A stretch of 64,000 bases of DNA from a virus (lineage: Duplodnaviria; Caudoviricetes), in IMG/VR virus record IMGVR_UViG_3300031992_000070, positions 16,912-80,911 of that record. One strand, given 5' to 3'. A model generated the notes under the pieces. The model saw only the letters and a list, made by a program, of their open reading frames with translations. It was not told the origin of the DNA and made no database searches. Positions 1-10,342 of this stretch are shown here, piece by piece. The position numbers and the translations under genes are program-made. Numbering within the stretch: the stretch's first letter is position 1; each line of letters starts with the position of its first letter.

Positions 1-399
1 TCCAATGCCGTACAAAGGCTGGAAGACGTTGAACAAGAACCATTCGTAGTACACAACAATGTTATACTCTGATTTATCTTCCTTTTCTTTCAGAACATCA
101 ATCAGACGCTGGTAAGAATACCCGCTTTCTGTCTTGATTGCCTCAAGATTATCGTTGGCAATTTCGATAATGCGTTTTGTGTACAGGTAAGGTCTGCTAA
201 CACCAGCACTTGTAATGTTTGAATAGACGTGACGGTGGTAGTTCGTTTCAATAACACAGCCATCAGCATCGGCAACAAGTCTGACACCTTTGTCGCTAAA
301 GAAGATACTGATTGTGTCTTTTGTCTTTGGCACAAACACAATGGCGTTTTCAATACGCTTTTGTAACTGTGCGTTTGTTGGTTTTTTCTTTTGTTCCAT
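1..399 (-). CDS. Hypothetical phage protein, truncated by the left window edge
   Basis: ATG at 399 (MEQKEKTNKRTVTKRIENAIVF...) reads open to position 1. It is not in the ORF track because it has no stop in the window. Confidence 0.7.
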   Translation of the reverse strand, partial: MEQKKKPTNAQLQKRIENAIVFVPKTKDTISIFFSDKGVRLVADADGCVIETNYHRHVYSNITSAGVSRPYLYTKRIIEIANDNLEAIKTESGYSYQRLIDVLKEKEDKSEYNIVVYYEWFLFNVFQPLYGIG

Positions 400-552
400 A
401 AACTTATTGTTCGTCGTTTTGTGATTCTATATACTTTATTCTTGACTCTATCTGCTTTATTGCGCACGGAATGCTTGATGTTGGATAAATCTTTTCGACA
501 TCCCGAAGGACGGAAATCTGTGCGCGAAGCTTGTAAAAATTCCAGTTCATTC

Positions 553-1089
553 TTACTTGCGATTTTTGTTGCTCATGTATATGTTGTATAGTCGCATCTT
601 GATAGTTTCTTCGTTTGTCGGAATTTTACCTTTCTTGATGCGGTTCATACGGTTATACTCTCGCAAATACGCCTGTGCCTGTTCAATGTTCTGTATTTCT
701 GGGAAAATCCATTCTGGCAGCTTGTTTGCGTCTTCAATAGCCTCTTCAACCGTTCCTTGGTTTTCAAGTTCTTTTGCTTCCGCAGCAAGTTGCTCTGCGC
801 GCTTTTTCGACTCGCTGTCAAGGTCTGCGTCCGTTGTGTCGTTGTCCATGTACGACGGAACGACAAAAACTTTTTCAATACCCATGAACGGCTCTACACC
901 GAATACTTTCTTAATTCTTGGCTCTTTGTCCTCGTCCTCGTTGAAAGTACAAACGGCAAAAGCCTGACGGTTCAGTGTAAGGTTGATGACAGCAACACCG
1001 TCTTGGAAAGAGTCCTTTCCGTTCCATTCTTTTTTAGGAATGCTTGGAATGTTGAGATAGGCTATAACCTCTTTTTCAAATTCTATCAT
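553..1089 (-). CDS. Hypothetical protein (178 aa)
   Basis: ORF immediately downstream of a TAnnTTTG promoter at ~1116-1123 and co-oriented with neighbours. Confidence 0.75.
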   Translation of the reverse strand: MIEFEKEVIAYLNIPSIPKKEWNGKDSFQDGVAVINLTLNRQAFAVCTFNEDEDKEPRIKKVFGVEPFMGIEKVFVVPSYMDNDTTDADLDSESKKRAEQLAAEAKELENQGTVEEAIEDANKLPEWIFPEIQNIEQAQAYLREYNRMNRIKKGKIPTNEETIKMRLYNIYMSNKNRK

Positions 1090-1115
1090 AACTTAACGTT
1101 TAAATTAAACTTTGT

Positions 1116-1148
1116 GCAAAGATATGAAATAGTTTGGAATATTCCAAG
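1116..1148 (-). promoter_or_regulatory. Bacteroidota sigma-A promoter
   Basis: Minus strand CTTGGAATATTCCAAACTATTTCATATCTTTGCA: TTG(-33) and TATCTTTG(-7). Confidence 0.7.
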
Positions 1149-1161
1149 GATTTAACAATTA

Positions 1162-1894
1162 TTATATGCGAAGAAAATCCTTGACGCTCTGTATCATACG
1201 TTGTCCTTCTTCTGTAGGCTTGCCGTGTTTGTGCGGAACAAGCACTTTAAGCCTGCTGTTTATAACGAAGTATTTCCACCCTTTCTTTATCCTCGCATGT
1301 TCTTGCTGTTTAGCCTTTTCAAGTGCTTTTTCGTCCTTGTCGGAAACGCCTTTGTTTTCATATACCCAGTTTGCCATAATTTATATTGTCAGCGTCCTTT
1401 TACAATGTTGTTTTCGTCCTGCTCGTAAAGCCGTTGGTTTGTGCATTTTCGCAGGAATTTTACAGAAGTCCCGTCTTCAATCACAAGTGCCAATCCTTTT
1501 GTAAAACGCAGGCATTGGTTTTTTATCGGGCATTGGATACCCATACAATATACGTTGCCATTTTTCATAAGCATATATTCTTTTTCCATTTGCAAAAGGA
1601 CTGGTCTTGTCTTTCTGGAGAACTGAACCGAGTCGCGTCCACCTTTATTCCAATACCAGTCCTTCCATTTGCTTATTTCCATTACTGCGCAAAGTTCTTG
1701 AACACACCACCGTTATTCACAAAGGACATGATTGGTACTTTGTAGTATAGGTTTCCGCAGTATTTCAGCGGCTGAATCATATCGCTTGCGAAAAGCCCTT
1801 TAAAATGCTCGTCAACAAGGACGACATGTTTTGGTATGTTCAGTTCTCTTTCAAGTCCGCTGTGTGAATGCAGCACGTTCATTTTCAGACTCAT
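1162..1894 (-). CDS. Three small hypothetical genes (1162-1377, 1389-1682 with a Cys motif, 1682-1894)
   Basis: Tightly packed, co-oriented ORFs following recT. Confidence 0.6.
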
Positions 1895-2757
1895 TTCTTG
1901 CCCTCCTTCTTGTCTTTAACCTCTTCGGAACTATCGAAATCTTGGAACTTCTGTGCCACATCTGCGGCTTTCTGTGCGTCAACAATAGCCTGTTCATCAT
2001 TATCCGTGTATTCGTATTTATTTTCCTCACGCATAACACTCTGGTCTGCACGAATAGCATCTTGAAGTTCGGTAGAAAGGACACCGTTTTTGCTAAGGTT
2101 CAGTTTGATAACCGTCTTTCTTGCCATGTCGTCGAAATCGGTAGTCCATTTACTTTGCTCCCTAATGTAAGGTGTTTTTGACTTGTATGTCTGTGAATAT
2201 CGTAATGCGTGTGCGTTCATTTCCTCCTTACTCATATACAATGTGCTTTCAAAGCCGTTAATCAAAAGGAAATAATTAACATATCCGATGATAGGAGTTT
2301 CAAGTCTCTTAGCCTCATCTTTAATCCAGTTCCATTCGATTTCACCTGTAAGGCGATTGCGCTTGACTAATTCGCCATCACGAACATCTGTAGTATTGAT
2401 TCGCTTGTATTGCCCTGTGCGTAACGCAAGTTGCTGGAAACCCTTGTAACCCAACTGAAACTGTGCCTCTGTTACACCACGCTTGTTATTCTTGTACGGT
2501 ACGACGTGCGCCATTCCCAATGTCGGCTCTATTGGCAGGTTTAATGCGGTAGCCTTCAACGCTGCAAACATAAGCGTATAAGGCTCGCACTCCTGTAGGT
2601 TTGCGTTATTGGCTACAAGTGCCGTCAAATTGCTTACAAACTGACCTTTTCTTTCGTGCAAAAGGTCGGTTAAATACTTTTGCGTTGCAGGACTTGTGAT
2701 AGTCTGGTTAAATGTTTTCAGACTGTAAACTTGTGATTTTGTTACTTCGTTTGCCAT
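1891..2757 (-). CDS. recT: RecT-family single-strand annealing recombinase
   Basis: Typical RecT motifs: AALKATALNLPIEPTLGMAHVVPY, AQFQLGYKGFQQLALRTGQY, MARKTVIK. Confidence 0.9.
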   Translation of the reverse strand: MANEVTKSQVYSLKTFNQTITSPATQKYLTDLLHERKGQFVSNLTALVANNANLQECEPYTLMFAALKATALNLPIEPTLGMAHVVPYKNNKRGVTEAQFQLGYKGFQQLALRTGQYKRINTTDVRDGELVKRNRLTGEIEWNWIKDEAKRLETPIIGYVNYFLLINGFESTLYMSKEEMNAHALRYSQTYKSKTPYIREQSKWTTDFDDMARKTVIKLNLSKNGVLSTELQDAIRADQSVMREENKYEYTDNDEQAIVDAQKAADVAQKFQDFDSSEEVKDKKEGKK

Positions 2758-2768
2758 AATCTTAATTT

Positions 2769-3773
2769 TTACTCGTTATTATCCTTTATTTTTATCGTTA
2801 CGTATGCACGCTTTTTTGTAGTCTTTTGGTATTGCTTCTTTAACTTGTTTGCAATACGCGGCCTTTTAGCCTCTATTTCGTTTGCGAAAATAGCTTTGTA
2901 ATCCACGCTAACGCTTTCGGATGCCTGCACCAGTGTAATTGCCCACGCATCATTTTTTATGCTTTTTACGCCCTTTTCTTGCATAAAGTCGCAAAGCCTT
3001 TTTTTGAACTCATCGACCTTGGTTTCGCGTTCTTTGATTTCTGCAAGGATGGTTGTGATGGTGTCAAATTCCTGTTTTACTTTCTCTGGCAGGTATTCGC
3101 TTTCTATTTCATCGCCATCATAATAGCTGTCAAATGTTTCCAAGAAATCATTAACAATATCCATCGCATCTGAAAGTCTGTACATTCTCGCTTCTTTGTC
3201 TATACTCCGCAATTGCTTTACGGTGAGTCTTGACGTGTCGAACTCAAAACCGTCTTCAAGGTTCATTCCTTCCGTCGAATAATGCACCAAAGAAAGTTTT
3301 ACCTTATAACCCCCAAGTTCTTTTGCAATCTCATTAGCAATCACCCAATGAATAATCAACTGTGCCTTATACGTGGCTCTTGTTTGTTCAAATGTAAACT
3401 TAGTACATTTAACCTCGTACACATTAAGCACTTTGTTTTCGTCATCTTGCAGCACAATGTCGGGGTGCGCAAGTAGCTTAACATTCTTGCGGCTATACTT
3501 CTTACTAACCCAGCATGGATTGGACTGATACCTATCGTTATTGGCTTTCAAATGCTCAAATACAAGCATTTCCAACTCATCTCCCGCACGAACAGCAGCA
3601 GTGTAAGGAATATCCTCCTGCTCTATCAGTCCTTTACACACGGCAAGTCTTTTGTATGCAGACTTTGGAATGACACCGCTTTCCGCAACTTGCAAAATAA
3701 GTTTTCCATCGCTACTTCCGAGCGCACCGCATCTTGAACTGCGGATTTCATTTTTGTAATCCAATTCTTCCAT
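2769..3773 (-). CDS. YqaJ/lambda-exonuclease-like nuclease (RecE partner)
   Basis: R..LGSSD, GDELE, AHPD...YEVK..Y.AQL PD-(D/E)xK pattern; lies next to recT. Confidence 0.8.
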   Translation of the reverse strand: MEELDYKNEIRSSRCGALGSSDGKLILQVAESGVIPKSAYKRLAVCKGLIEQEDIPYTAAVRAGDELEMLVFEHLKANNDRYQSNPCWVSKKYSRKNVKLLAHPDIVLQDDENKVLNVYEVKCTKFTFEQTRATYKAQLIIHWVIANEIAKELGGYKVKLSLVHYSTEGMNLEDGFEFDTSRLTVKQLRSIDKEARMYRLSDAMDIVNDFLETFDSYYDGDEIESEYLPEKVKQEFDTITTILAEIKERETKVDEFKKRLCDFMQEKGVKSIKNDAWAITLVQASESVSVDYKAIFANEIEAKRPRIANKLKKQYQKTTKKRAYVTIKIKDNNE

Positions 3774-3787
3774 AATAATTCTTTTGT

Positions 3788-4132
3788 TTAATCGTTATTG
3801 TAAGGTCGTGTCTGTATGCACAGAACCTCGTTTGCGTTTAGTGCGTTTACAAGTACGGATTTGCCGTGTACCTCGTCATAGAAGCTACTCATAAATCCGA
3901 AGACTATGCACGGTACTCCAGTATGTGCCTTTATCTTTTTAAGATACTCTACAACTTTCGGCTTAAACACCATTATTTTTAGCGTCTGTCTATAGTTGTT
4001 TTCTGTAGAGTTGGCATTTGCTTTTGATTCAACGTCAAGGCCGAAATACATAAACGTTCCTCCGTTTTGCGTTTTGCCTTCTTTTAGCACAGAGCCTATC
4101 CGTCCTTGTAGAATTACAATGTTTTTATCCAC
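3788..4132 (-). CDS. SSB-like OB-fold protein
   Basis: NIVILQGRIG...GKTQNG N-terminus typical of SSB; GTG start; sits in the recombination module. Confidence 0.6.
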   Translation of the reverse strand: MDKNIVILQGRIGSVLKEGKTQNGGTFMYFGLDVESKANANSTENNYRQTLKIMVFKPKVVEYLKKIKAHTGVPCIVFGFMSSFYDEVHGKSVLVNALNANEVLCIQTRPYNND

Positions 4133-4151
4133 GTCTATTTATTTTAATTAG

Positions 4152-4225
4152 TGGTCTTGGGTGGAATCGAACCACCGATTAACGCCTTTCGGTAAGCGTT
4201 GCTTCATCCAACGAAGTTCAAGACC
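4152..4225 (-). tRNA. tRNA-like gene with a non-canonical 10-nt anticodon loop (isotype unassignable)
   Basis: GGTCTTG/CAAGACC acceptor, CTTC-GTTGGAT-GAAG D arm, AACGC-TTACCGAAAG-GCGTT arm, GGTGG-TTCGATT-CCACC T arm, A73. Confidence 0.75.
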
Positions 4226-4388
4226 AAGTTGCCCCACCGCTGTAGGGCTTAGTTGAATTTTTAAATAATTGTTTAACTTTTAACCATAACAATGATACAC
4301 CCTCACGGGCTTATATACGATGCAAAGTTACAAATAAACTTTGAATATTTCAAAATCCTATAACATAGTTTAAGTTAAAAAACCAAAA

Positions 4389-6143
4389 CTACATTTTTAC
4401 GCTTTTCAAAAGTTCATCGTAGTCCTTTGCTGCGTGGCAAACAGCGTTCATCGCGCTACCGATAACACGGCCTTGGATAGTATCGCTAGTCCAGTGATAA
4501 CGGGCGATGGTACGGTTGGTTGCAAAGGCATTCATTTCACGTAGGATTAAGTCTGCCTTATACGGATATATTTCAGTAAGTGACATACCTCCGCACCAGC
4601 TGCCGCTTGAATGGCCGCTCGGATATGAGTTGGCGTACAGTTCGGTTCGCTGTATTTCCTCAAAGTCTTCTGGTGAATCAACCTTGTCTGGTTGAGTCCA
4701 ATTGCCGTTTGCATCGTAGTATCCCGTGGGGTTTCCGTCCCCATCCTCAATGAACCAATCTGTTGAAGCGTTCCATCTGTTGTCTGTTTCGGAGTGCTTC
4801 TTACATTCCTGTTCCCATGAACATGCTGGTCGTAATCGGCCATACTCTATCGCACCGAGTGACTGGTCTGCATGTTGCAGGATTCCGCGTGCGCTGCCGC
4901 CTATCTGTTTGATAAGGTTTATAAAATCAGCTAGTTTACTATTAGGGGTGATGTATTCGCCTATAGTTTTCTCGCCGAACACCGCATTGAACTCATATCC
5001 ATGAACATCTTTTTTTCCACTTCCGAAAAAGTGGTTGGTGTCCCAGTCTTTGTCTGCTATTGCCTGTACCGTGGTCTGTTTTGGCAGATTTTCGCTTGAA
5101 ACAATAAAGTTGTGAATGTCCATATCCATTTGCAAGCATCCGTTTTCAGTCTTTGCGTCAGGGAACGTAGGATTATTTTTGCTTCTGTCTTTATAAGCTG
5201 GCGCGTAAGGTGCAGGTGCGCTTGCCATAAACTTTCGCAAGTCAATATAGAAAGCATCGTCAGTGACGTGGTTGCGTGGCTCGACATCCCATAACTCATA
5301 TAGTGTCTTGTCGTATTTACGTCCTCCGACCTCACTGCGCATTGTGTCTGTGTCTGGCTTTAGGATTGAGCGCATGGCGACGTAGACCACAGATGCAACA
5401 AGTCTTGCAACGTTAGGGTCGCTGCGGAACTCGTATCCGTAGATGTTGCTGTTCATTGTGTAGCCGCCAGCCTCGTAGCCAACCTTAAATATATAGTTTC
5501 GTTTCTGTGGGCAAAGTTCAGACGTATGCAATGCTATTATCCAACCCACCATCGTCTTAAATGCAGCGTCCTCGTCTGTTCGTTCGCCCCAATAGTCGTA
5601 CACGATGGGAAAGTTTGTACGGCTGTAAAGCAGCGGCAGCGTGCATCTTGCGGGCTTGTAGTATTGCCAATAAACCTCGTCATATAACTTGGAAAGATAG
5701 TTGTAGGTCTGTGAATCCTTTGCAATATTGATGGTGGAGGTAAACTTGTCCAGCACATCGTTTAGGACAGTATAGTCCACCTTTTCTTCGGGTTCAGGAG
5801 TCGGCTCTGGTGTGGGCTCAGGTTCTGGAGTAGGATGTTGTGCTTCAATCTCAGCTTCCGTCGCCTCACGGAAATATCGTTCCCACATCTTTATCGCAGG
5901 GTCGATGTCAGCACCTAGGTAGACTATTCCAACCTCATAAGGCTTGATTTCATCGGTACACATATACCAAGTTCCAGAGTCGATGCTCTTTAGCTTGCTA
6001 GAACTGCCGACAATCTGATGCGCTTGTGGCTGTGGCTGGTTAATGACTTGCAGAGTTTCCTCTGCGGTTTTTCTCGTTGTCATGTAAATGATGACTGCGG
6101 CTAAAGCTATAGCAACCGCGATAATAACCCATAATGTTACCAT
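4389..6143 (-). CDS. Membrane-anchored PAP2/class A acid phosphatase-like protein
   Basis: N-terminal hydrophobic anchor, PTPEPE linker, catalytic motifs GRLRP, SYPSGHS and RTIARYHWTSD. Confidence 0.85.
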   Translation of the reverse strand: MVTLWVIIAVAIALAAVIIYMTTRKTAEETLQVINQPQPQAHQIVGSSSKLKSIDSGTWYMCTDEIKPYEVGIVYLGADIDPAIKMWERYFREATEAEIEAQHPTPEPEPTPEPTPEPEEKVDYTVLNDVLDKFTSTINIAKDSQTYNYLSKLYDEVYWQYYKPARCTLPLLYSRTNFPIVYDYWGERTDEDAAFKTMVGWIIALHTSELCPQKRNYIFKVGYEAGGYTMNSNIYGYEFRSDPNVARLVASVVYVAMRSILKPDTDTMRSEVGGRKYDKTLYELWDVEPRNHVTDDAFYIDLRKFMASAPAPYAPAYKDRSKNNPTFPDAKTENGCLQMDMDIHNFIVSSENLPKQTTVQAIADKDWDTNHFFGSGKKDVHGYEFNAVFGEKTIGEYITPNSKLADFINLIKQIGGSARGILQHADQSLGAIEYGRLRPACSWEQECKKHSETDNRWNASTDWFIEDGDGNPTGYYDANGNWTQPDKVDSPEDFEEIQRTELYANSYPSGHSSGSWCGGMSLTEIYPYKADLILREMNAFATNRTIARYHWTSDTIQGRVIGSAMNAVCHAAKDYDELLKSVKM

Positions 6144-6151
6144 AATTAAAA

Positions 6152-6724
6152 CTATCTAATGTCTACAAAATCTATCAGTAAAATATCGTCTTTAGTTCCT
6201 TTGGCAAGATTTTCTTTGTTGTGGATGGCAGCATATAGCCACGGCCACCAGTCATCTATGATTCGCGGGTAGCATACCGACGAATATTTCTCGTCGCAGG
6301 TAGGGTGACATCTGAAGCTATAGTCGCAAGTCCAATTATACAGGTTTCGTCCGCACCAGAACTTGATTTTAGGATAGTCTGACACGGAAACATAACAGAA
6401 ACTTCTGAAAAACTCTACGGACTTCTCATATTGCTTTCTTGTCCTAGCCTCATGTATAATACGGACAAAGCAGTCTCCTTTATCGTTAAGGAACGCGAGG
6501 TCGTCCTTTAACTGCTGTTCGCTAATTTCGTAAACAACAAGTCCGTGAGCTACTTGCATTTTCCACTTCTTCCACCTTACGCGCAGGTCAAAGCACCGCA
6601 CTCCGTACTTTTCGTACTGTTCTCTGATGTCCACTCTCTGACATTTCGCCATAAAGTGGAACGGCCACATCCACCAGTGCTTCGGTGGAAGGTATGACCA
6701 ACTGTTGTGACTACCTAGTATCAT
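6152..6724 (-). CDS. PI-PLC X-domain-like phosphodiesterase
   Basis: ILGSHNS...KCQ...EQY..GVRCFDLRVR pattern of the PLC-like phosphodiesterase fold. Confidence 0.75.
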   Translation of the reverse strand: MILGSHNSWSYLPPKHWWMWPFHFMAKCQRVDIREQYEKYGVRCFDLRVRWKKWKMQVAHGLVVYEISEQQLKDDLAFLNDKGDCFVRIIHEARTRKQYEKSVEFFRSFCYVSVSDYPKIKFWCGRNLYNWTCDYSFRCHPTCDEKYSSVCYPRIIDDWWPWLYAAIHNKENLAKGTKDDILLIDFVDIR

Positions 6725-9700
6725 TTTTCTTTCATTGCTTTAAAACGTTTCAATACTTCTTTGTAATAATCTGGTGTTGACTTATCTGGAAACATCATTC
6801 CTAAATCAATCAGCAGTTTATCTATCTCCACAATATCCTCCCAAGTGAGTTTATTGTCTTTCTCTGCTTGGTGGTAGCCTAATAGAAATGCTTCTTTACT
6901 ACTACAATCTCTTAACCTACCATCTTGGAAATGTTCTAAGTATCTATCTTCTGCCTTACTCATAATCTTTCGTATATTGTCTTTATTCTTTTTCCATCTT
7001 TTCCTATAACAGCTACAGGAACAACATTAAACGGCTTACAAAACTTCCATATTAACCTTTTGTTAAGAGGATTTTTGAGCCATTTTTTATAGATTCTACG
7101 TTTCATCTTTCATTGCTTGTTTGAATTTTTGTTTCTATTTCTTCATAATCTGCCAACTTAGACTCTCTTATTCCATCAGGACTAATAATTGCTACTTTAT
7201 CTTTTGGAAATTGTTTCATAAAGATATAGTTTTGTATCAATTTCTTTTGATAGCCACGTCCACCACAGAAAACAACGTGACCACCACTCTCTAATGCAGC
7301 ATCTATCCTTGCTTTAATTTTTCTATTCATCTTTCATTGCTTTATTTAAATTTATAATATATTCATCATCAATTACTCCATTGCGATGTTCGTTGAGATA
7401 CATACATACTTTTTCTATCATTTCTTCCCTTGCAATCTCCACTGCTTCTAATGCTTCGTTTGTTGGAATCCAAGGAAAATTCTCAGTTATATGATTAACC
7501 TTTCCTCTTATTCTCTTTTTAATAAATTCTTCAGCCCTACTCATAGTTCTATTTCTTAATTACGATTACTTTTACTTCTGAGCCTACGAGATAATTATCT
7601 GCTGGTAATCTGAAGGAAAACAACGCAGCACCTTGGAATCCAAAACATTGTGCATCAATAGCTTTTGCCATCATCTGCTGCTCCATTTTGTTCATACCTG
7701 CAAGCATGGCATGGTCTTCTGCAAGTTCAATGGTAGATTGGTCTTGCTCTTTCTGCCATTTAGCAACCCTCACAGCAATCCTGCTTAACTTGGCAAATGA
7801 CACCTCTTGGAATTGCTTGGATAGTTCGTTGATATACTCACCTAAGTCATCACCTACTGGTTCTTCTTGCGAATTATTTCCAAAGTTGCATGAATTATCA
7901 AGATTTAGCAAGTCAGAAGTGTATGCCCATCTTTTAACCATCCCATAATTATTAATAGATTGTCGATGGATTATTCTTCCGTCGTTTGTTTCAATGAGCA
8001 AATCATCACGTTCAGGCTTTTCACTTGCATCGTGCCAAATGCTTACAGGCTCTTCTTGCAAGGAGTCAATAAAAGCAAGCAGTTCTGTCAATACTGATTT
8101 CTGGCCATCAGCAAAGTCTGTGCGTATTCCAAGTATTTTCTCCCTAAGCCTTTCAACCTCTTCACGAATCTTCTCTTTGTCTGTCATATCTTATTCGCTT
8201 ATTAAGTTCATAACTTTATTGTACGATTCTGCGTTTAAATTGTACCTTGTTCCGTTTTTAAGGATAAGTATATAGTCTGTGTAGCTAAAACCGCCTTCTA
8301 TATGACAAGAGCTAATTTCGTCAACATTGACCATTATCTCGCCACATCTGCCTTGAGTGCGTAAACTAATAAATTGTGCCATAACTATTTATTTTTAAAT
8401 GCAATCACAAGACTTAAAATAAGTGTGCATAATAGCATTGTAACACAAATTGTTGTAACTTCTTCATGCATATCATTACTTTCCTTTCTGTGCCTTATTA
8501 CTTACATGCATACCAAGTTCAAAGAAATGCTTGGCAATAGCCTTACCGACAATACCATTTACCAACTTGTTATATACAGGGTCTTCCTCAACAAAATCCT
8601 TGTATTCTTTCTCCAAGTCCACCTCTTTCACCTCAAGGGTGTCGATGAACATAATAATTCTATTTAGTTGATGTGCTGTCCTCACAACCCACTCCTTGTC
8701 ACTTTCACATATTATATGGTCGAGCAACTTGCGTTTTCTTCTTTCTATCTCCGCCACTACAGCGGATTTGTCTATTAGTTTCATAAGCCTAAATTATTTT
8801 ATTTATTATTTAAAATATACGTAATAGTGTATAATCGCCAAAATAACGGTGAATAAAGCGCCAGCAAACCATATTAAAGCTTCACCTAAATATCCTTTAT
8901 CATCCATACTATTACTCTCATTTCATATAGTTTATGAATTTCTCAATGTCTTCATCAATTAGACAACTATGAGTATCTTCATTATAAAAGTTGTTTAGCC
9001 ATTCCGCAGCTTTGTCAATAAAGGCATCAGTGCGGGTGTACTCAACAAAGATATTACTATGAGGATTACTTTCAAACCAACCATCATGTGCATTTGGTTG
9101 AACATATATTTTATCTGGTGCGTTTGTTTTCATAACTTCAACCTTTTAGTTTCTTTAAATCTTGATAGAGTGAATCAAATATAGGAAAGCAATATCTTTC
9201 ATCACCGTCGTATCTTTTATCTTTAAGCCATTGTTTAAGAGTATCCATCTGCTCATCACTAGGCTTCCACTTTGACTGAGGTCTGAGCGAGTGAAGAGCA
9301 GATAACACTGTATGTTTATCAACTCCACGCCAACAGTTAAAATGGTTGTTCTGTTCCACAAAAGCAATCGCAGCTTCTAATATATTTTTGTCTAACTGGG
9401 TTAATTCAACTTTTGGCTGTACTCTGTCTTTGAGGGATTTGAGCCAATCTAAATCTTTTTGAACGACATCTTTATTTACGTCGGCGGTTTCACTGTGTAG
9501 AATGTTTATAAGGATTTCACAAATATCATCATAATATGGACTATCATATTCACTCCAAGAGGAATTGGGAATTTCCCTCTCGTTCCCATTTGCTCCCTGC
9601 TCACCTTGTTTTTCAAGTTCTTCTAACCTTTTAATGGCATTTTCACGATAGCCTTTTATGCACTCAAGTTCTTTCTCTATAAACTTATCTTTTTCACCTT

Positions 9701-10309
9701 GCTTTTCAAGCCAAGCAACAGAATCTGTTAAAAGAAATATAGTCTTACTGTCAAGCACATTATTTAGCCTATAATATTCTAAAAAATCAATAAGTTCTTT
9801 CCTTATCCTCTCATCCTCGCTCTCTGGAACAAAGTCTGCGCATATTCCACGTGCAACTTCAACTGTAATTTTTCCACTATTAACCATCTCTTGTAGTTTG
9901 GCTATAGTGTCTTTATGTAATTTCTTGTAGTCCATAATCACAACAAATTTAATTCATGTAATTTCTCAATCATAGTCACGCAAGCATCAACAATGTTGTC
10001 TGCTTTAGTATGTAAATCACTTATGTGTGGATATGTAATATAGTTGTCATCAAGTGCTATTATTGGTTTACTGCCTTGAATTTCTGGTAAAATACCAAGC
10101 AATGCTGCAAGACTCCAACATCTAATATCGTAGTTAAAATCTTCTTTGCCATCTTTGAACAATGGTGTAGGACAAATAGATTCTACATCTGGTGGAAAGT
10201 AATCATTATCAATCTGACAAAAATAATACATATCTGCACTCTCTATTGGCAGTATCTCTGCCAACTTGCGGCTCTGTTCTAAATCAGTGTAACTTTTAAT
10301 TGTTGCCAT
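6721..10309 (-). CDS. Block of small AT-rich hypothetical genes (6721-6963, 7103-7330, 7323-7544, 7549-8187, 8191-8382, 8476-8784, 8918-9133, 9138-9941, 9938-10309)
   Basis: Co-oriented, overlapping or abutting ORFs with shared short motifs (QEEPV, EKQGE, ESEDERIRKE). Confidence 0.7.
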
Positions 10310-10342
10310 ACTTTATCCTTTCTTTTAATTGTTACTTATTAG

